Shown here one piece after another: positions 40,301-53,267 of a stretch of 64,000 nt of DNA. Origin of the DNA: Mytilus trossulus (Eukaryota). Made by a program: the position numbers and the translations under genes. The stretch covers positions 9,672,001 to 9,736,000 of the forward strand of contig NC_086386.1 of NCBI RefSeq assembly GCF_036588685.1. Reading direction: 5' to 3'. The stretch's first letter is position 1. Each line of letters opens with the position of its first letter. A model generated the notes under the pieces. That model was given only the letters and a program-made list of their open reading frames with translations. It had not been told where the DNA came from and ran no database searches.

Positions 40301-42198
40301 AGTCTAAATTTAGAAATTTTTCTTAATTTTGTTCCGATATCATTAAATTATTCAATATATTGTAATATAAAAGAATTAAAAAAGTAATGCTTTTTATATG
40401 ACAAAATGAATAAGTTGTTAGAATATTTTCTTGGTGTTTCTTTTTTCAGATCTCATATTAATGCAGGGTGCTGAGGTCATTTTAAAGGTTGGCCTCTTGT
40501 TGCTGGGAAACCACAAAGAGTTAATTTTACAGTGTAATTCCTTCGAATCAATAGTAGAATTTATTAAGACAACATTGCCTGAACTAGGTATTATACAGAT
40601 GGAAAGGATTATTATACAGGTAAGATATGGCTTATTAAAGGCTACTGGTTATGAGTGGGTGACTTACTTAAGGGCATACGATACAGTTACAGTGAAGGTA
40701 ATGACGTTGCTAACGTAATTTGTTATTTTCGCGACGTCAAACTGTGAGATATCGGGAAAAGATGCATTTTCAACTGATTTAATTTGAAAACGAGTTCATG
40801 GACCCCTATTTTTCAAAACGGCATTTTGTTTCATTTTGCAGGGAGATTATGTGACCCAAATTTTATAAAACTGTAAATAGAGGATTTTTTTTTTTTAGAT
40901 AAACATGCAGTGAAAAATTACGTTTTTTCCTCAATTCATGAACATTTGATAAATATGAGTTATTTCTGAATATAAAATTGCATATTTTTTTTGGATATTT
41001 ATAAAATACAGAAATTACCGATTATTCAACAAAAACCGATTTGTGTTTATCTTTTTTAACAAAAAAGTTATGTCTTTCTTTCGAAAAAGAAATTACGGCC
41101 ACAAATCTGAATTTTGAGCAAATACATAAAATTTCGACCTCATTTTACTCAAAAAGTAGCACATGAAGGTATAATTTTTATTACATATTTGATTTAATCA
41201 GGTAAAAAATAGCCTTTATGCAAATTTTCATGAACTTGTAAATACAGGATCAAAACTGTATCGTATGCCCTTAAGAAAAAAGGGACAATTTTTATACTGC
41301 AACAAAAATTTTAATTTTAATACAAGTTTATGGATTTCTATAAAATTGTATCAAAGGTTTTGTACCACCAAAGGAAGGTTTTGTTTGATTTGGTAAATAA
41401 TTTTTTAAACTGTAGATCTCTTAGAAATTATACCACATGGTTCCATACCACCCATACCACAAAAACGGAAGATTGAGATTGACTTTGTGGTACTGGTCCA
41501 AACTTTTATGAATTAGGTGCCAAAAAAAAGGATTTTCTTGTTTTCAGAGAATAACTTGTATATAAGTTTATGGATCTCTATGAAGTTGTATATGGTTCCA
41601 CATTAGATAAGGAATGCTTTCTATGGAACTAAGCATGCATTTGAATTTTTACTATAGTATAATTTACCTTTTTGGTGGATTCTCTTGTACATCCTTAATT
41701 GTTATTTTTCAGGTGTTTGAGTTAGATATTTCTAAGCAGCTTCAAGCTTATGAAGTAGAATACCACGTCCTGAGAGAGGAGATGATCTATTCTCCTTCCT
41801 CGGGAGATACAGATAAAATAAAGAAACTCGAAGACATGAATCAACGACTAAAACAACAAAACAACGAGCTCCTGGAGAGACTACAAAACATGAACAGTCA
41901 CCAACATAGTCTGGATATCGTCATACATAACACACAGACCAGTGAAACTAAGTTAAAATCACATATAAAAACATTAGAAATAGAAAGGAAAGCATTGTTA
42001 AATGCTATTATGAAACTAAGACAATTAATTCCTGAGGAACAGTTTCAGAAACTGGATATCTTATTACCTCCCTTGTCACCTAGTATACAATCCTCCCCAA
42101 TTCATCAGGCAAAAAATTTACGAATCGGTGGAAATTCTAGAGCTCATCATCATGTATCTAGAAGTAAAAGTTCACCACTGGCACATACACCTGAATAG
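9794..42198 (+). CDS. TBC1D1: TBC1 domain family member 1/4 (AS160-like) Rab GTPase-activating protein: two PTB domains, TBC domain, C-terminal coiled coil; 18 exons, about 1212 aa
   Basis: Exons: 9794-10153, 20947-21672, 24446-24538, 27044-27164, 27647-27738, 28429-28557, 29213-29317, 29896-29976, 31528-31793, 32591-32754, 33421-33546, 36309-36467, 37133-37288, 37743-37894, 38776-38868, 39790-39949, 40450-40619, 41713-42198. The total is 3639 nt, open, all GT-AG. Motifs: PTB1 [10 protein letters not shown]; [10 protein letters not shown]; [18 protein letters not shown]; LDYEEITPC; arginine finger ILIDLGRTFP; glutamine finger GYCQG; [24 protein letters not shown]; [11 protein letters not shown]. 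Pro-orthologue of vertebrate TBC1D1 and TBC1D4. Confidence 0.95.
11265..11527. repeat. 69-bp tandem repeat, about 3.5 copies
   Basis: GATCCTAGCATATTTTCTG recurs at 11298, 11367, 11436 and 11508. Confidence 0.9.
13940..15210 (+). mobile_element. Degenerate HINE-like repeat with internal repeats; related copy at about 47990-49015
   Basis: The two copies share a head (TGGTATCACGTTG...GAAGAC..TTTCCAGAT), internal GGATTGATTTTGGGG repeats and a tail (GGTT.GA..T.TGC.GTCGTAT..AGCTGCGC). Boundaries are approximate. Confidence 0.5.
16848..16966. mobile_element. Short hAT-like MITE
   Basis: CAGGGGCGGATCCAG ... CTGGATCTGCCAATG, flanked by CAATG/CAGTG. Same terminus type as 7931-8898. Confidence 0.6.
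17157..18182 (+). mobile_element. Helentron-type non-autonomous element (HINE) with about four 190-bp tandem repeats and a duplicated 3' end
   Basis: Starts TTTTTGTCGAGCC..., followed by a GTCGGC microsatellite and repeats at 17241, 17431, 17622 and 17805. The subterminal palindrome GGGTTCCGCGGAACCC occurs twice (about 18077 and 18156). The element is inserted in a T-run. Confidence 0.8.
18767..18913 (+). CDS. Candidate alternative first coding exon of the TBC1D1/4 gene (49 aa)
   Basis: Strong Kozak context cACCATGG, an open 147 nt ([19 protein letters not shown]...ELSTG) and donor GGG|gtatgt in phase 0, matching the phase-0 acceptor at 20947. No transcript evidence available. Confidence 0.55.
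19127..19417. mobile_element. MITE with TAA target duplication (Zator or PIF/Harbinger type)
   Basis: TAA|GGCCATGGAAAATTAATT ... AATTATTTTCCCATGGCC|TAA, with internal poly-T runs. Confidence 0.75.
19550..20094. mobile_element. Kolobok-type MITE
   Basis: TTAA on both sides; TIR core GGCTCGCGGGT / ACCCGCGAGCC; purine termini rather than the CCC of piggyBac. Confidence 0.7.
22692..22786. repeat. Minisatellite of 22-24 bp, 4 copies
   Basis: TAGTTTAAAATAATGTTAAGCA repeated with small variation. Confidence 0.85.
25137..25280 (+). repeat. Dispersed repeat; inverted copy at about 52272-52415, degenerate copy at about 18180-18330
   Basis: GGCCTTTTATAGCTGACTATG...TCATACCACATCTTCTTTT is the reverse complement of the sequence at 52272-52415. 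Confidence 0.75.
26970..27022. mobile_element. 39-bp palindrome with 7-bp TSD; probable P-superfamily excision footprint
   Basis: CTCTGAC|CAAGGATTTGTATAGTAAG-T-CTTACTATACAAATCCTTG|CTCTGAC (insert 26977-27015). Confidence 0.7.
27815..28436 (+). repeat. Tandem repeat of about 40 bp that includes the splice acceptor of the 28429 exon
   Basis: The unit is approximately CTGCACATGTAATTGTAGTTTGAGAATTTTAAACTTTTA, in roughly 15 degenerate copies. The last copy supplies TGTAG|TTTGAGAA. Confidence 0.85.
28600..29040. repeat. Degenerate intronic tandem repeats
   Basis: Recurring GAAGCTAACA..TTTTTGTGAGA units followed by units of about 33 bp, TTTTAACAGAAAATATTTTGAAGAAAG. Confidence 0.6.
30281..30902 (+). 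mobile_element. Short HINE-like repeat split by a nested insertion of about 345 bp (30301-30648); family copies at about 24095, 31220, 39345, 40025
   Basis: The host reads TTTTATGCCCCACCTAC | insert | GATGGTAGAGGGGCATTATGTTTTCTGG...GGACACATTCTTGTT. Other copies lack the insert. Confidence 0.65.
32397..32552. mobile_element. hAT-like MITE with 6-bp TSD
   Basis: CAAATG|CATACCCGTA ... TACGGGCCTG|CAAATG. Confidence 0.65.
34353..34828 (+). mobile_element. HINE-like element with GTCC microsatellite and two internal repeats
   Basis: TTATACCGCCGC...GGGGGGTATACTG head, (GTCC/GTCA)n, a duplicated unit of about 175 bp (AAATTTTCGTCACATTTTTCTCAGGAACTAC at 34444 and 34611) and a GTGAGCAGTAGCTTGC...CTTGTT tail. 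Confidence 0.7.
40672..41270. mobile_element. Kolobok-type MITE
   Basis: TTAA|GGGCATACGATACAGTT ... AACTGTATCGTATGCCC|TTAA, a perfect 17-bp TIR. Confidence 0.85.
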
Positions 42199-43775
42199 AA
42201 ACGATAATATAACACTGGATTCATCTTATAAACAATTAAACAAAAGAGAAAACAACATTCCATTTCTTTAATATTAATAAATTTTAAATGTCGGGGCTGT
42301 TCCGTTAAAATGAATGTGGGAGGGTAGGATTGGAATTTTTATTTTTAACCATCAGTAGCTGGTCTTTCAGGAATGTTGAAAGTCCCTCACCCTCTAGATT
42401 ATCTTTTTGATTTTTAATATAAAGATATGATATTCATTTGCCAAAATATTAGTGCTTGAAGATGTCTTTGGTCAGACCACAATACTCACCCAAATCAACC
42501 TATTTGCTCTGTGCTTTGTAGTTAGGAATTATTTATAATTGATTCATGTAGTTGTGATAGAATGCCAAAATGAATTTTAATTGAGATTTTTATGATACAA
42601 TGCAATAGTCTATATGTAATGTTTCATCAAATGACATGTTTATTATAGACATGTGATTTTTTATGTGTGAAGTGAAGGTCAGTTTTAGTATAAACTGTAT
42701 TTTTGAATTAAGTTATTATAATACTTTACTATAATATTTAAGGTAGACCTTTAGTTTTTCCTTTTTCATTTAATTCTAGAATACTTTTATACAGTTCCCT
42801 TTAATACAAAACCAAGATTTCATGGTTTGATGAATATGTAAATTGAGTCGAGAATCCCTTTCGTTTAAAACAATGGAAATAGTATTGTGCCATACAAAAT
42901 AAAAATCTGCTGATAACCTAATAAAATCAAAACCTGCAATGGACTTTATACGGTTGTAATGAAGTAATACTTGTTATCTTATGTTAATTGTATTTTTATT
43001 CTTTTTAAAAAGTCTTTAAAATCCTGTCCAATGAGAAACCAATTATTATTTGAATATATATTCAAAAGAGGAATTATTGTAAAAATAATGTATTATAGAA
43101 TCATTGTGACGAATTGTAGGGTAGTTTATCAAATTGTTTTTTAATAAAAGGAAATAGGGTAATTAGAAAGGAAACCATTTAATTTTTGCATGCATGAAAC
43201 GATTCTCATTAATAATTGTATGTAAAAAATGTTATACTTGGTGGAGATGATTCCAGCTTGTTGACAAATTATACCACACATTTTGTGTATTTACTTTTTC
43301 GGTAGAAGAAAAAAATCATTGTGTATTTTTCTTACATCTTGAATGAAATTACAGGGCCAATAAGAATTGGAACTTGATCAGGATTATCATTGAATAGTCA
43401 CTTTTCATAGAAATATGTGAATCAACTCATTTCTGTTATTTTATTTTATCTATTTGTTTCCAGAACCTCTGAAATGGATTATGGCTACATTGAATGGAAA
43501 GAAATATTGAACAAATAAACTCTAGATGTCTTTCTTTCTAAATTATATGATAAGAAGATAAGTTGTGTTCTCCAATGAGACAACTCTCAACCAGAGTCTA
43601 AATGACACATAAAATATTTCCATATTAACAATCTGTCATTCATTGTGATATATATATGATAGTGAATGATCAGCTTCAGATTTGACTTCTACATGCACTT
43701 GCTAAGCCTTTAGCTTTGTTTGCTCACCTCATACTAATCATGGCCCAGTCATAATTTTATCGGTATAGGCTTATA

Positions 43776-43976
43776 CCGTATAGTGGTATATTTTCGCAGG
43801 TGCAAATTTTGGTGTATTTTGGCGGATAAAACAAAATCGCCAAAACAAATTCTGCCAAATTGAAACGGCACACACAAAGGTTTTGATAAAAGTTTTGAAT
43901 CCACCAAAATATTTCGTAAACCTTATTCAATGAAAATTGCGAAATTTTACACCCACGAAAATAACCTGCTATACAG
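43776..43976. mobile_element. TA-flanked MITE (Tc1/mariner type)
   Basis: TA|CCGTATAG..G.TATTTTCG...AAATTTT ... AAATTTTACACCCACGAAAATAACCTGCTATACAG|TA. Confidence 0.65.
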
Positions 43977-46900
43977 TATACTGTCATGTAAACCATTTAT
44001 GTTTTTATATCAGTATTCTATTTTAAATGTCACAAATACAAATAGTTATTGGTAAATAATTTAATTTTGGATGTAACACATCTTCTGATTGGCTGATGTT
44101 TTTTTGTTATCAGCCCATAGACATAATTTAGTCATGTGACCGTGAAGTCATCAATGTTTTTTCATGGTTTTCTTCGGTTTAAAATGTAATTTAGAATTAA
44201 GAAATGACTGTAATATTTTTTGCTGTCTATTCGAAATAACATAAAAATGTTAAATAACCTGCTACACGCATTATTCAGTGTGCATCACATTTTTTATGTT
44301 ATTTCTTCATAGACAGAAAAAATATATCAGTCATTATTGAAGGATAAAAATGTTTTAACAATGAGATTTTGATATGAGTTATTTATTGACTGTAAATAAT
44401 CTATTTTTATTGAACAAAGGGTCTATTACCTCAACTATATGTTTGTCTCAGAAAGATCTCTTTCAGTTGTGAGATTATATTTATATGTAGAACATATCAT
44501 TTTCAAAGATCTTAATAACGCATCAGAATCAGTATTTTATATAATGCATATAAAGTCGGGTAAGCCTTACAAAATATATTAGCTTCTCAGACTAATTGAA
44601 ACAATTTTTTATTAGGAAGTGAGTGTTTTTATCAATGGTTTAGCTGAAACTACATTGAATGACACCAAAGACTTTGCCAACTTTGTGACATGTTTTTCAA
44701 TATATTTGACATCTAATAACTTTTTACCAAAGTGTTGGTAAACAGTACTGAGATCTGGAATTAAGAGTTTATAGATTTGTAGATTTAAAAGAATCTCAGT
44801 GTAACCTCATTAGAATTGGTAGACACAACAGTGACTGGGAAGTTAATAATATTTTGTAGGCCTTAAAGATCTCCTCATAATCACAATTTCATTAATTGTC
44901 ATGGTTTAAATTTGTACCAACTACTTAATCATTCTTATCATAATTGATACTACAATACATCATTTCCATGAGATTTTTGTTAGGAATGAGACATATTACA
45001 GTGAATGTTACAAAATCATGATTGGTCAACCCCAAAACAATCTGATGAGTGCTGTGGATTAATTATTTTTCATGGATTTTATTGATACATGTACAAGTGA
45101 AGCATAAAATGAAATGTTCAATAAATGATATATTTTCTATGGGATTGTATTCGATTGTATGGAAATCAAATATCCACGAACATGCAAGTTTTTCTCAATC
45201 TACTAAAATTGGTATTCATAAAAATATAATTTTTATATGAATCTTCAGTATGTAAATCTCAGATCAAATCACACATATTATTGTAGGTTTAATTATTTGC
45301 TTTATCTCAGGAAGATCTCATTTTCACAATTAAATTATCAAGGGGCATTTTAAGGTTTCTTTATTGACTGCGAATACCAATGGTTGAAGTCATAAAACTT
45401 TGCTCAGTGCTTAATTGGAGCACAAAAATCATGCTCTAAACACCAAATCCTGTATTTTGATTGGTTGATTCTCGAGTCTGAGTACAAAAATCATGCTCTA
45501 AAATTTTATGACCGCAAGGCCAGGGGTGTCTTCTGAATGGAATAAAGTGTTTGCTTATCCTTACAATTTCAGTTATTAGGTGGAAGGGCTTGACAATTCA
45601 GTTAACTGTGCATAATAATTGAAACAAAATACATGATCAAACATTAGACAATATATATTATATATATGTAGTATCTTTTTTCATGATAAGTATTTTGAGG
45701 AATATTTCATCTTGGTTTCATGTATATAATATTTTAGTTGTCTGGTAGTAACCTTATAATGAAGAAGCCAACCATATAGTGTCAAGTGAAGGCTTTTGCT
45801 GCATTACAATTAGTTGCTTTTCACCAATTACATTCAGCGCAAGCCTGCACTTTTTTTTTTCTCTATGTTATTTTAGGGAAATTGAATTTTATTTAAGCTT
45901 TACAAAGCATATTTACATACATTTTCAAATATCATGCATTCAAAGTACTTTTATTCCTTGAAGGAGGTCTTTAAATGTACATTCATCATTCAGAACATGA
46001 TATATATTTCCTTACTTTCATGACAATCTTAATTATCTCCAGGGTAAGATTGTTAAAAGTATGTCAATAGAACTAGACATTAGATTACAAGTTGATTATT
46101 GCTAGTCAGTAATATGTTACAATCAGAAGTGAATATTAAAGGGTAATCATTGTTTTATACTACAATACTGCAGCCTAAACTTGGTATATATAATTATTAG
46201 TGGATAGAAACCTAAACTTAAACTGCATCACACACAAAATGTGTTTGTTGGTTCCGTGCACAAGACAGAAACTTGAACTGATACACTTAAATAATTTTCT
46301 TATGTATAAGTATTTTTATTACAAATCATTGCATTAGAGCTGGGCTCTGTGACTATAATTAACCGTTTTATTTAAAACATGATGACTATATAGTATTAGA
46401 TAGTGCACAATTTTGAAATTATTTGTTTATATTGTTTTTCTTTTGTTATTGCTTATTTTTTTCCTTATATTTGATTTTTAATTATGTATAGAAAAGTATG
46501 ATGGAAGTAATGAATTGGTTTATTTGTTGTCGATAGCAAAAATTGAAATAAATTATAAAATACAAATCTCTTTCATTTTTTTGGTGAACATTGCATGAAA
46601 TGCAGTCGAAACCCTATGTTACTGATTTAATATCTCAATCTTCCAAGCCTTTTCACTACCTTTTTGATACTCAACATAGTGCATTGATTATAACATTCTA
46701 TACATCCTATCCATGAACATTCACAGAGATTTATCAATGTAAATAAATGCTCAAATATTCAATCACAAAAACGATGTAACACTGTCAAGAAAACTACTTT
46801 TGCAAGGTGCAGGAATCTTGTATCTGTTCTAAAAATATAAATGATGTCATTGTTTTAGTCATCTTTAAGTCATCAAAAATTGGATTATGTTTACATTATC

Positions 46901-49900
46901 AGGTGTAAATAACTTGAAATAATGACCGAGGAGTTAAGAGCTACAGTACACTGTATGGCTTTAAATAATGAGCATCTTGGTTATTGTCAAGGATAAGGTA
47001 TTTTTCCCTGCAGTTGGGTGTAACTTTATATCTAGTCTAAGCACCATTGCAAAAGTAGAGGCCTATGGTGCCATTAGATGAAATATAAGAGTAGAACAGG
47101 ATACATTTCAATGAGAAAGTGCCTCAATAACTTCAGACATTAAAACACATCTATATGCAAGATAAAAATTAAGTATAATGGATAGCACATCATTTAAAAA
47201 TAGTCAATGTTACAGTTTGTTAGTGTATTACACAATAGTGATGATCCCATGCTCACTTGAATTTTATGGTTGTCATACAGGTGAGAGGGTCAGCTAGCTA
47301 TAGACCTGAGTTTTGGTCCACTGTTTATTTGTGACAGAGGATTCCTGTTTTTAGTCATATGATTAAGGACTTTCTGTTCGAATTTTCCTGTGAGTTCAGT
47401 ATTTTTATGATTATTTTTGGCTCAAAATGCCAAGGAACTATAACTATTACTTGACATTTGTAACTGGTCTTTATTGAATTTATGAAAATCTCCACAAAAG
47501 TGTGATGATGATTGGGAACTAATCTGTGTACAATCATACTAATAGTATCTAGTAAAACAAGTGTTACTGCCTGCCAACCAACATGGAGGTCATGTCTCAA
47601 AATAGAAAAAGAAGTGGTAAACTGCAAGTTTGTCTGTTAAATGTCAAGATATTTTAACTTGAATCTGCAGACAAATCTTTCCAGGAGCAGTTGCTCTTAA
47701 TTTACCAATTATTTTTATGTTTGCCTTTTATCTTGAGAACTTATAAGAAAGAGTGAAATAATGTAGCAGACAAGATCTAAAAATAATTAAACATGGCCAA
47801 AATCATCAGTAAACTTGTGCCATAACTATAGCAGCTTTAAGAAAATGAGAGCTACAAAATGATCAATAAGACTTGATTTACTGTACTGAAATAAAAATAA
47901 GAATGTTATTTTAATGAAATTTTAAGCCAATTAATAGATCTTCTTCATGCATAGCCCTGAATTAATGATTGTTAGGAAATTTTTCGATTTTATACCACCA
48001 CAAAAAAAAAACGTATACTGGTATCACGTTGTTGTCTGCGTCGTGCGAAGACAGATGGTTTCCAGATAATAACCTAATTATAGTTATCTACAAAATTTTA
48101 ACACTAGGTTCAAAATCACTAAAGGAAGTTTAGGATTGATTTTGGGGTTTAGGGTCCCAAGGGTTTAGGATGAGGGGCCCTAATAAGCATGTCTGAAGTT
48201 TCCAGACAATAACTTGTTTTTAAGTTTATGAAATTCTCTGAAATTATACTACAAGATTCCATCCTACAAAGAGATGGTTAGGATTGAATTTAGAGGGTTA
48301 TGCCTAAACCAAGTAGGAAATAGGACAAAAAAAGGGGGGAAACAAGTTTTTTTTTTTAGTTAAAAGATAATTGAGACAATTTAAAAGCAGTGTAAGGGAG
48401 GTAATCCAAATTTATTTAAAGAACAATGTTTGATTATCTCCCTTACACTGCTTGTAAATTATGTATGATTGTCTTGAGGTTATTAGCTGTCAATTTAATT
48501 TTGTAGTTACAATTAATTAATATTAATTTTAGCCATGATTATGTATGTCATTTTATATTTTAAGACTTTTATAATTTATCTAAATTGGGTAATTATGGTT
48601 GCAAACTCCATTAGAATTTTAAAACAATAAAATTAGTAATATTCAACAGCAAAGTGTATTGCACAAAAGCAAAAAAAAAGTAACTTTTTTTTTGGGGGGG
48701 GGGGGGGGGGGGTTGCTTCGCAACAGCATAGTGTATTGCACAAAAGCAAAAAAAAATGAATATAAATTCAAATCATATAACCAATTTTAAGTTCTTTGAC
48801 TACAGTTACTCTGTGTCATATATTACAATATCTTTATTCTCATAACCATTGCAGATACATAGGTACATGTCAGAAACTAATGGTGTGTCAAAAATTTAAT
48901 AGCAATTCAAAATCAGACATGTATGAAGACGGTGAATATTGTGTCCGTTTTGGCCCCAACTTTTCATGGTTGGATATCTGCGGTCGTATCCAGCTGCGCT
49001 TAGTGAAGCAATTTATTGGTTATTATCTTGAATACTATTATAGATAAAGATAAATTTTTAACAGCAAAAATGTTCAGCAAAGTAAGATCTACAAATAAGT
49101 TGATATAAGTAAATTGTCAACTTACCACTATATTATAAGGAGTTATTGACCTATAAAGACCTTTTTCACAATTTGTTCATCTAGTTTGCTAACTTTAAAA
49201 AAAAATTCTATCGATTTTAGGCTAGCCAAACTTGATCTGAATGAGTTTCAGAGTACTTCGTATGAAGTTTGTATTTAAAATTTCCTTGTACATCAAGAGA
49301 AGTAGTCACTATGACTGAAATGGAACATTTTTTTTCACAACAGCAATGTATTTGTCCCAGTGCTGGCCAACTTTAATACATGTACACAATATAATCAATT
49401 TCAGTTCCATAGGATTAAACACAAATGGGGCATCTCAGTTGTTACTAGCCTTTGATGGAACAATTGTATTTAACGATGATTTAGATAAAGTAGGTTGTCT
49501 CCAACGTGTCTTCAAAGATGCTGGAAGACCCTCCACAGAAGATTTGTCTTTGGTATCACTAGTGAATTAATTTTCAGAAGATATTGTAGTAATTCGAAGA
49601 TATAAGAAGATGAGGTATGAGTACCAATTAGACCGAATTTTGTTCACTAACTGCGGTGCTAGTTAATGTTGACCTTGCGGTTGAAAGACTGTCATGATTG
49701 ATTTAAGGGAATTAATTCGATTCACCCGAGAGAACTGCTGTCGTTTTCATATGACATGGTTGTGAAAGAATCAACGGTTAGAACTCTCTAGTTGTCAGAT
49801 GTGAAATTTCATAATCCTTTATTAAAAACAAGCGATCAACATGTATATAAATTTGGTGAGACTCAAAATGAATATTAATTTATTGACTAGCAGCTATATC

Positions 49901-50139
49901 ATAGATTTAAAAATACAACTATAAAAATCCTTGGTTATTCATGTATGTAAATACTTTTTTTATTTCACAGAAGAAGAAGAAAATGGTAGAGTTTGTTGAT
50001 TTTTTTAAAATAAAAGATAGTTCTTTTTCTGTTCATTTACTGGATAATATATAGTTCTCTAAACTATCAAGGACTTATTGAAATATTTCAATTTTGTGGG
50101 AAACAAAAAGCAAAAGTCCTAAAAGTAAAAACACATATG

Positions 50140-51550
50140 TGTAAGGGTTCCGCAGAACCCATGCCAGTGCCTCGCCTACTTTTGCTGTTAATGGCAGTCA
50201 GGCTCAACAAAAATGAGGGGGGGGGGTCAATTATTCCGATTCTATCTTTTGATTGTAAGAAGCTTTAGTTCAAGTTTTTTTAAAAATCAAGGATAGTTTA
50301 TGCATCTCATAAATGTTTTAAAAACTTTAACTGCATACTGTATGTAATATTAAATGGAAGAAAAACAAAGTGATCATAATCAATTTACATGTAAACTTCT
50401 GTCCAAGTTTGGTACAAATCGAGGATAGTTTTAGAAAATCATTTAAAGTTTTAAAAGTTTAACCACAGAGCGTATGTAATGTTTCCTGGAGGAAAAACAA
50501 AGTCCATTTATAAGTAAAATACGGAAAAATGGAACTCATAAATGTTTTAAAAACTTTAACTGCATACTGTATGTAATATTAAATGGAAGAAAAACAAAGT
50601 GATCATAATCAATTTACATGTAAGCTTCTGTCCAAGTTTGGTACAAATCGAGGATAGTTTAAGAAAATCATTTAAAGTTTTAAAAGTTTAACCACAGAGC
50701 GTATGTAATGTATGTAATGAGGAAAAACAAAGTCCATTTATAAGTAAAATACGGAAAAATGGAACTTTTGTTTTTAACAATTTACTTCTGGATACTATCT
50801 CATAATCATAAACAAAGGAGTAGGTCCGGTAAGACCCCTTTTTGGCCCCAAAATATAACAGTTTTACAAAATTGTTAAAATGTAAACTTTTAGTTATTTA
50901 TTGGACAGTTGAATGCTTCTGCTACATAAAAATGGGCTGTTTTTGACAATGAAATGCACATATATCGGGGTGTGGCACCATTAAGTCATGCTAAATTACT
51001 GAAATCATCAAAATTCTATCATTTTAGTTAAATTTTAGACGGTTTCCGTGTAAAACGAAAGTGGTCGCATTCGTGTTCATCCTTAATATTGAAATGTAAG
51101 TTGTATTTTATGATAATACAGAACATATATAAAGGTTGTGGATGAACACGGATGCGGCCACTTTCATTTTTGACAAAAACCATCTGAAAAGTGACGTTTT
51201 TTTGCATATTTGAGAGATTTTTCATATTTGAGCTTGAACCGGATCGTCTTTAATGACTAAATCAGTTAAATTCTTTCACAAAAACTAATTGAATCAAGTG
51301 AAATAAATACTTAAGTGTTTAAAAAGTGGTCAAAATCGTTCGTCAGATGAAACTGAAATTTGAGGCCAAAATGAGTCCTTACCGGACCTACTCCTTTTCA
51401 GAATCTGTCCAAGTTTAGTTAGCTCATTAACCACAGAGACGGTGAATATGTGTTGACGCCGCCGACGACGACGACGACGATGACACCGTCGACGGTATTT
51501 AGGATCGCTATGTCTCGCTTTTTCGACTAAAGTCGAAGACTCGACAAAAA
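50140..51550 (-). mobile_element. HINE related to 17157-18182, with a nested TIR element
   Basis: Reverse-complement termini (TGTAAGGGTTCCGCAGAACCC ... GACTCGACAAAAA), a (GAC)n microsatellite and internal tandem repeats. Confidence 0.75.
50814..51397. mobile_element. MITE (Kolobok-like) nested in the HINE
   Basis: Perfect 20-bp TIR AAAGGAGTAGGTCCGGTAAG / CTTACCGGACCTACTCCTTT. The TSD is not clear. Confidence 0.75.
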
Positions 51551-52779
51551 GCGTAAATGTCTTATTAAAAAACACAAACGTCCCGCACTGGTCCACAAGG
51601 TGCCAACACATTTATGATATTATATAACCGACACACACAAAAGAAAATTTAGAGAATTATATCACTATGAAATAATTAAACACCTAAGTTTTAGAATATA
51701 GACAAAGATTAAAAACGAATTAATGTCACTACAAGTGTACATCAAAAGAACTCAGCAATAAAAGGAACTGAAAATAATGTTTGTATATATATAACCGTAT
51801 GAGCACATCCGGATTAATTGCAATTATATATGTAAAAAAAATGATAATATTCCATTCTCAACTTTATTTAAACAACGCAACTTGAAATTTTCACACATAT
51901 ACAATAGTTATACTGGCACTAAACGAAATGACATTCAGTTTAAATCAACTCTGTAAAATTTTCTTTTAATTAATGTAATAAGCACAATCTTATTTAACAG
52001 ATCAGAGTAAATTTAGAGTCCAAATGTTCTAAATTAAAACACCGTGACACTGACTCGAAAAGTTTTGGTCAGTCTCCGTTATTCTTATCATAAAAGTTAT
52101 TATAAAGGAACATTTTTTGAAAAATATGAATGGACAATAAACTCAGTAAAAGAATTTGGCTGGTGGTTTATAGTTACCAAAATATAAATGACAAAAAAAA
52201 ACCTTTACAAATAAACCACTTCCCCTCTACACCCTTTTTTGTGTAGATTTTCAAAATAAGTGACTTAGTATAAAAAAAGAAGATGTGGTATGATTGCCAA
52301 TGAGACGACTATCCACAAAAGACCAAAATGACACAGACATTAACAACCATAGGTCACCATACGGCCTTCAACAATGAGCAAAGCCCATACCGCATAGTCA
52401 GCTATAAAAGGCCACGATAAGACCATGTAAAACAATTCAAACGAGAAAACTAACGGCCTTATTTATGTAGAAAGATTAAGTGTATCGCCGAAAGATTTTA
52501 TTATTATAAATATATTCAGATACATATAAATCCGGGAACAGTATGCATCTGTTCCTCGGGGTGGGGGTGGTGGTGGTGGGGGTGGAGGGGTTCTAATCCC
52601 GAAATCCCAAGCAAAAAAAAACTTGAAACCTGATGTCCCGAATTTTAAGAAAATCAAATCAAACATCCCAAAATTAAAAAAAAGAATTCCAGGATCCCAA
52701 AATGTTTAATCCCGAAATCCCAAGCTTATAACATCTGACCCTGACATCCCGAAAAAGGTCTGCATCTACATCTACATCT

Positions 52780-52898
52780 CAATCTAATTAAAATATTGAT
52801 CTCTGATTACGTTATACTGCAATCTAATTAAAATATTGATCTCTGATTACGTTATACTGCATATAACGTAATCAGAGATCAATATTTTAATTAGATTG
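52780..52898. repeat. Perfect 40-bp tandem duplication plus 37-bp inverted arm, flanked by CATCTA direct repeats
   Basis: CAATCTAATTAAAATATTGATCTCTGATTACGTTATA at 52780 and 52820, its reverse complement at 52862-52898, and ATCTACATCTACATCT on both sides. Confidence 0.9.
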
Positions 52899-53267
52899 AT
52901 CTACATCTACATCTTACGGCGATCCATCACTACATTGATGACTATACGTCGGCACATCACATCTTAATAAAAAGTAACAATCTAATGAGTGCATTAATCA
53001 AAAATTAAATTCGTGCAAAAAATAAACAATAAATAAAAATAACTCATTTTCATATATGTACAAAGCTTTTATGAATTTTATTAAAGAAAATGGAATGTAT
53101 ATCATAATACCAAAATCTTGTGGTTCTGATTTTACCTTTTATCATTACAAGGGAAGAGATGCTTCCCAGATTGATTACTTCGTGCAGAGCAGTGACCTGA
53201 TATCAACATACAGAACATTCGACAGGGAACCAACTATACTAACTCATCTACTCACAATCCCATTCTT

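Noticed and set aside
46920-46960. tRNA A-box-like GACCGAGGAGTTAAG
   Set aside because: No B-box or cloverleaf follows; at most a decayed SINE head.
49346-49570. Coding-like composition, 74-aa ORF
   Set aside because: There is no recognisable motif on either strand, the minus frame has a stop, and no partner exons were found. It may be a decayed fragment.
51330-52666. Poly-Arg and poly-Pro ORFs
   Set aside because: They are translations of (GAC)n and (GGT)n microsatellites inside repeats.
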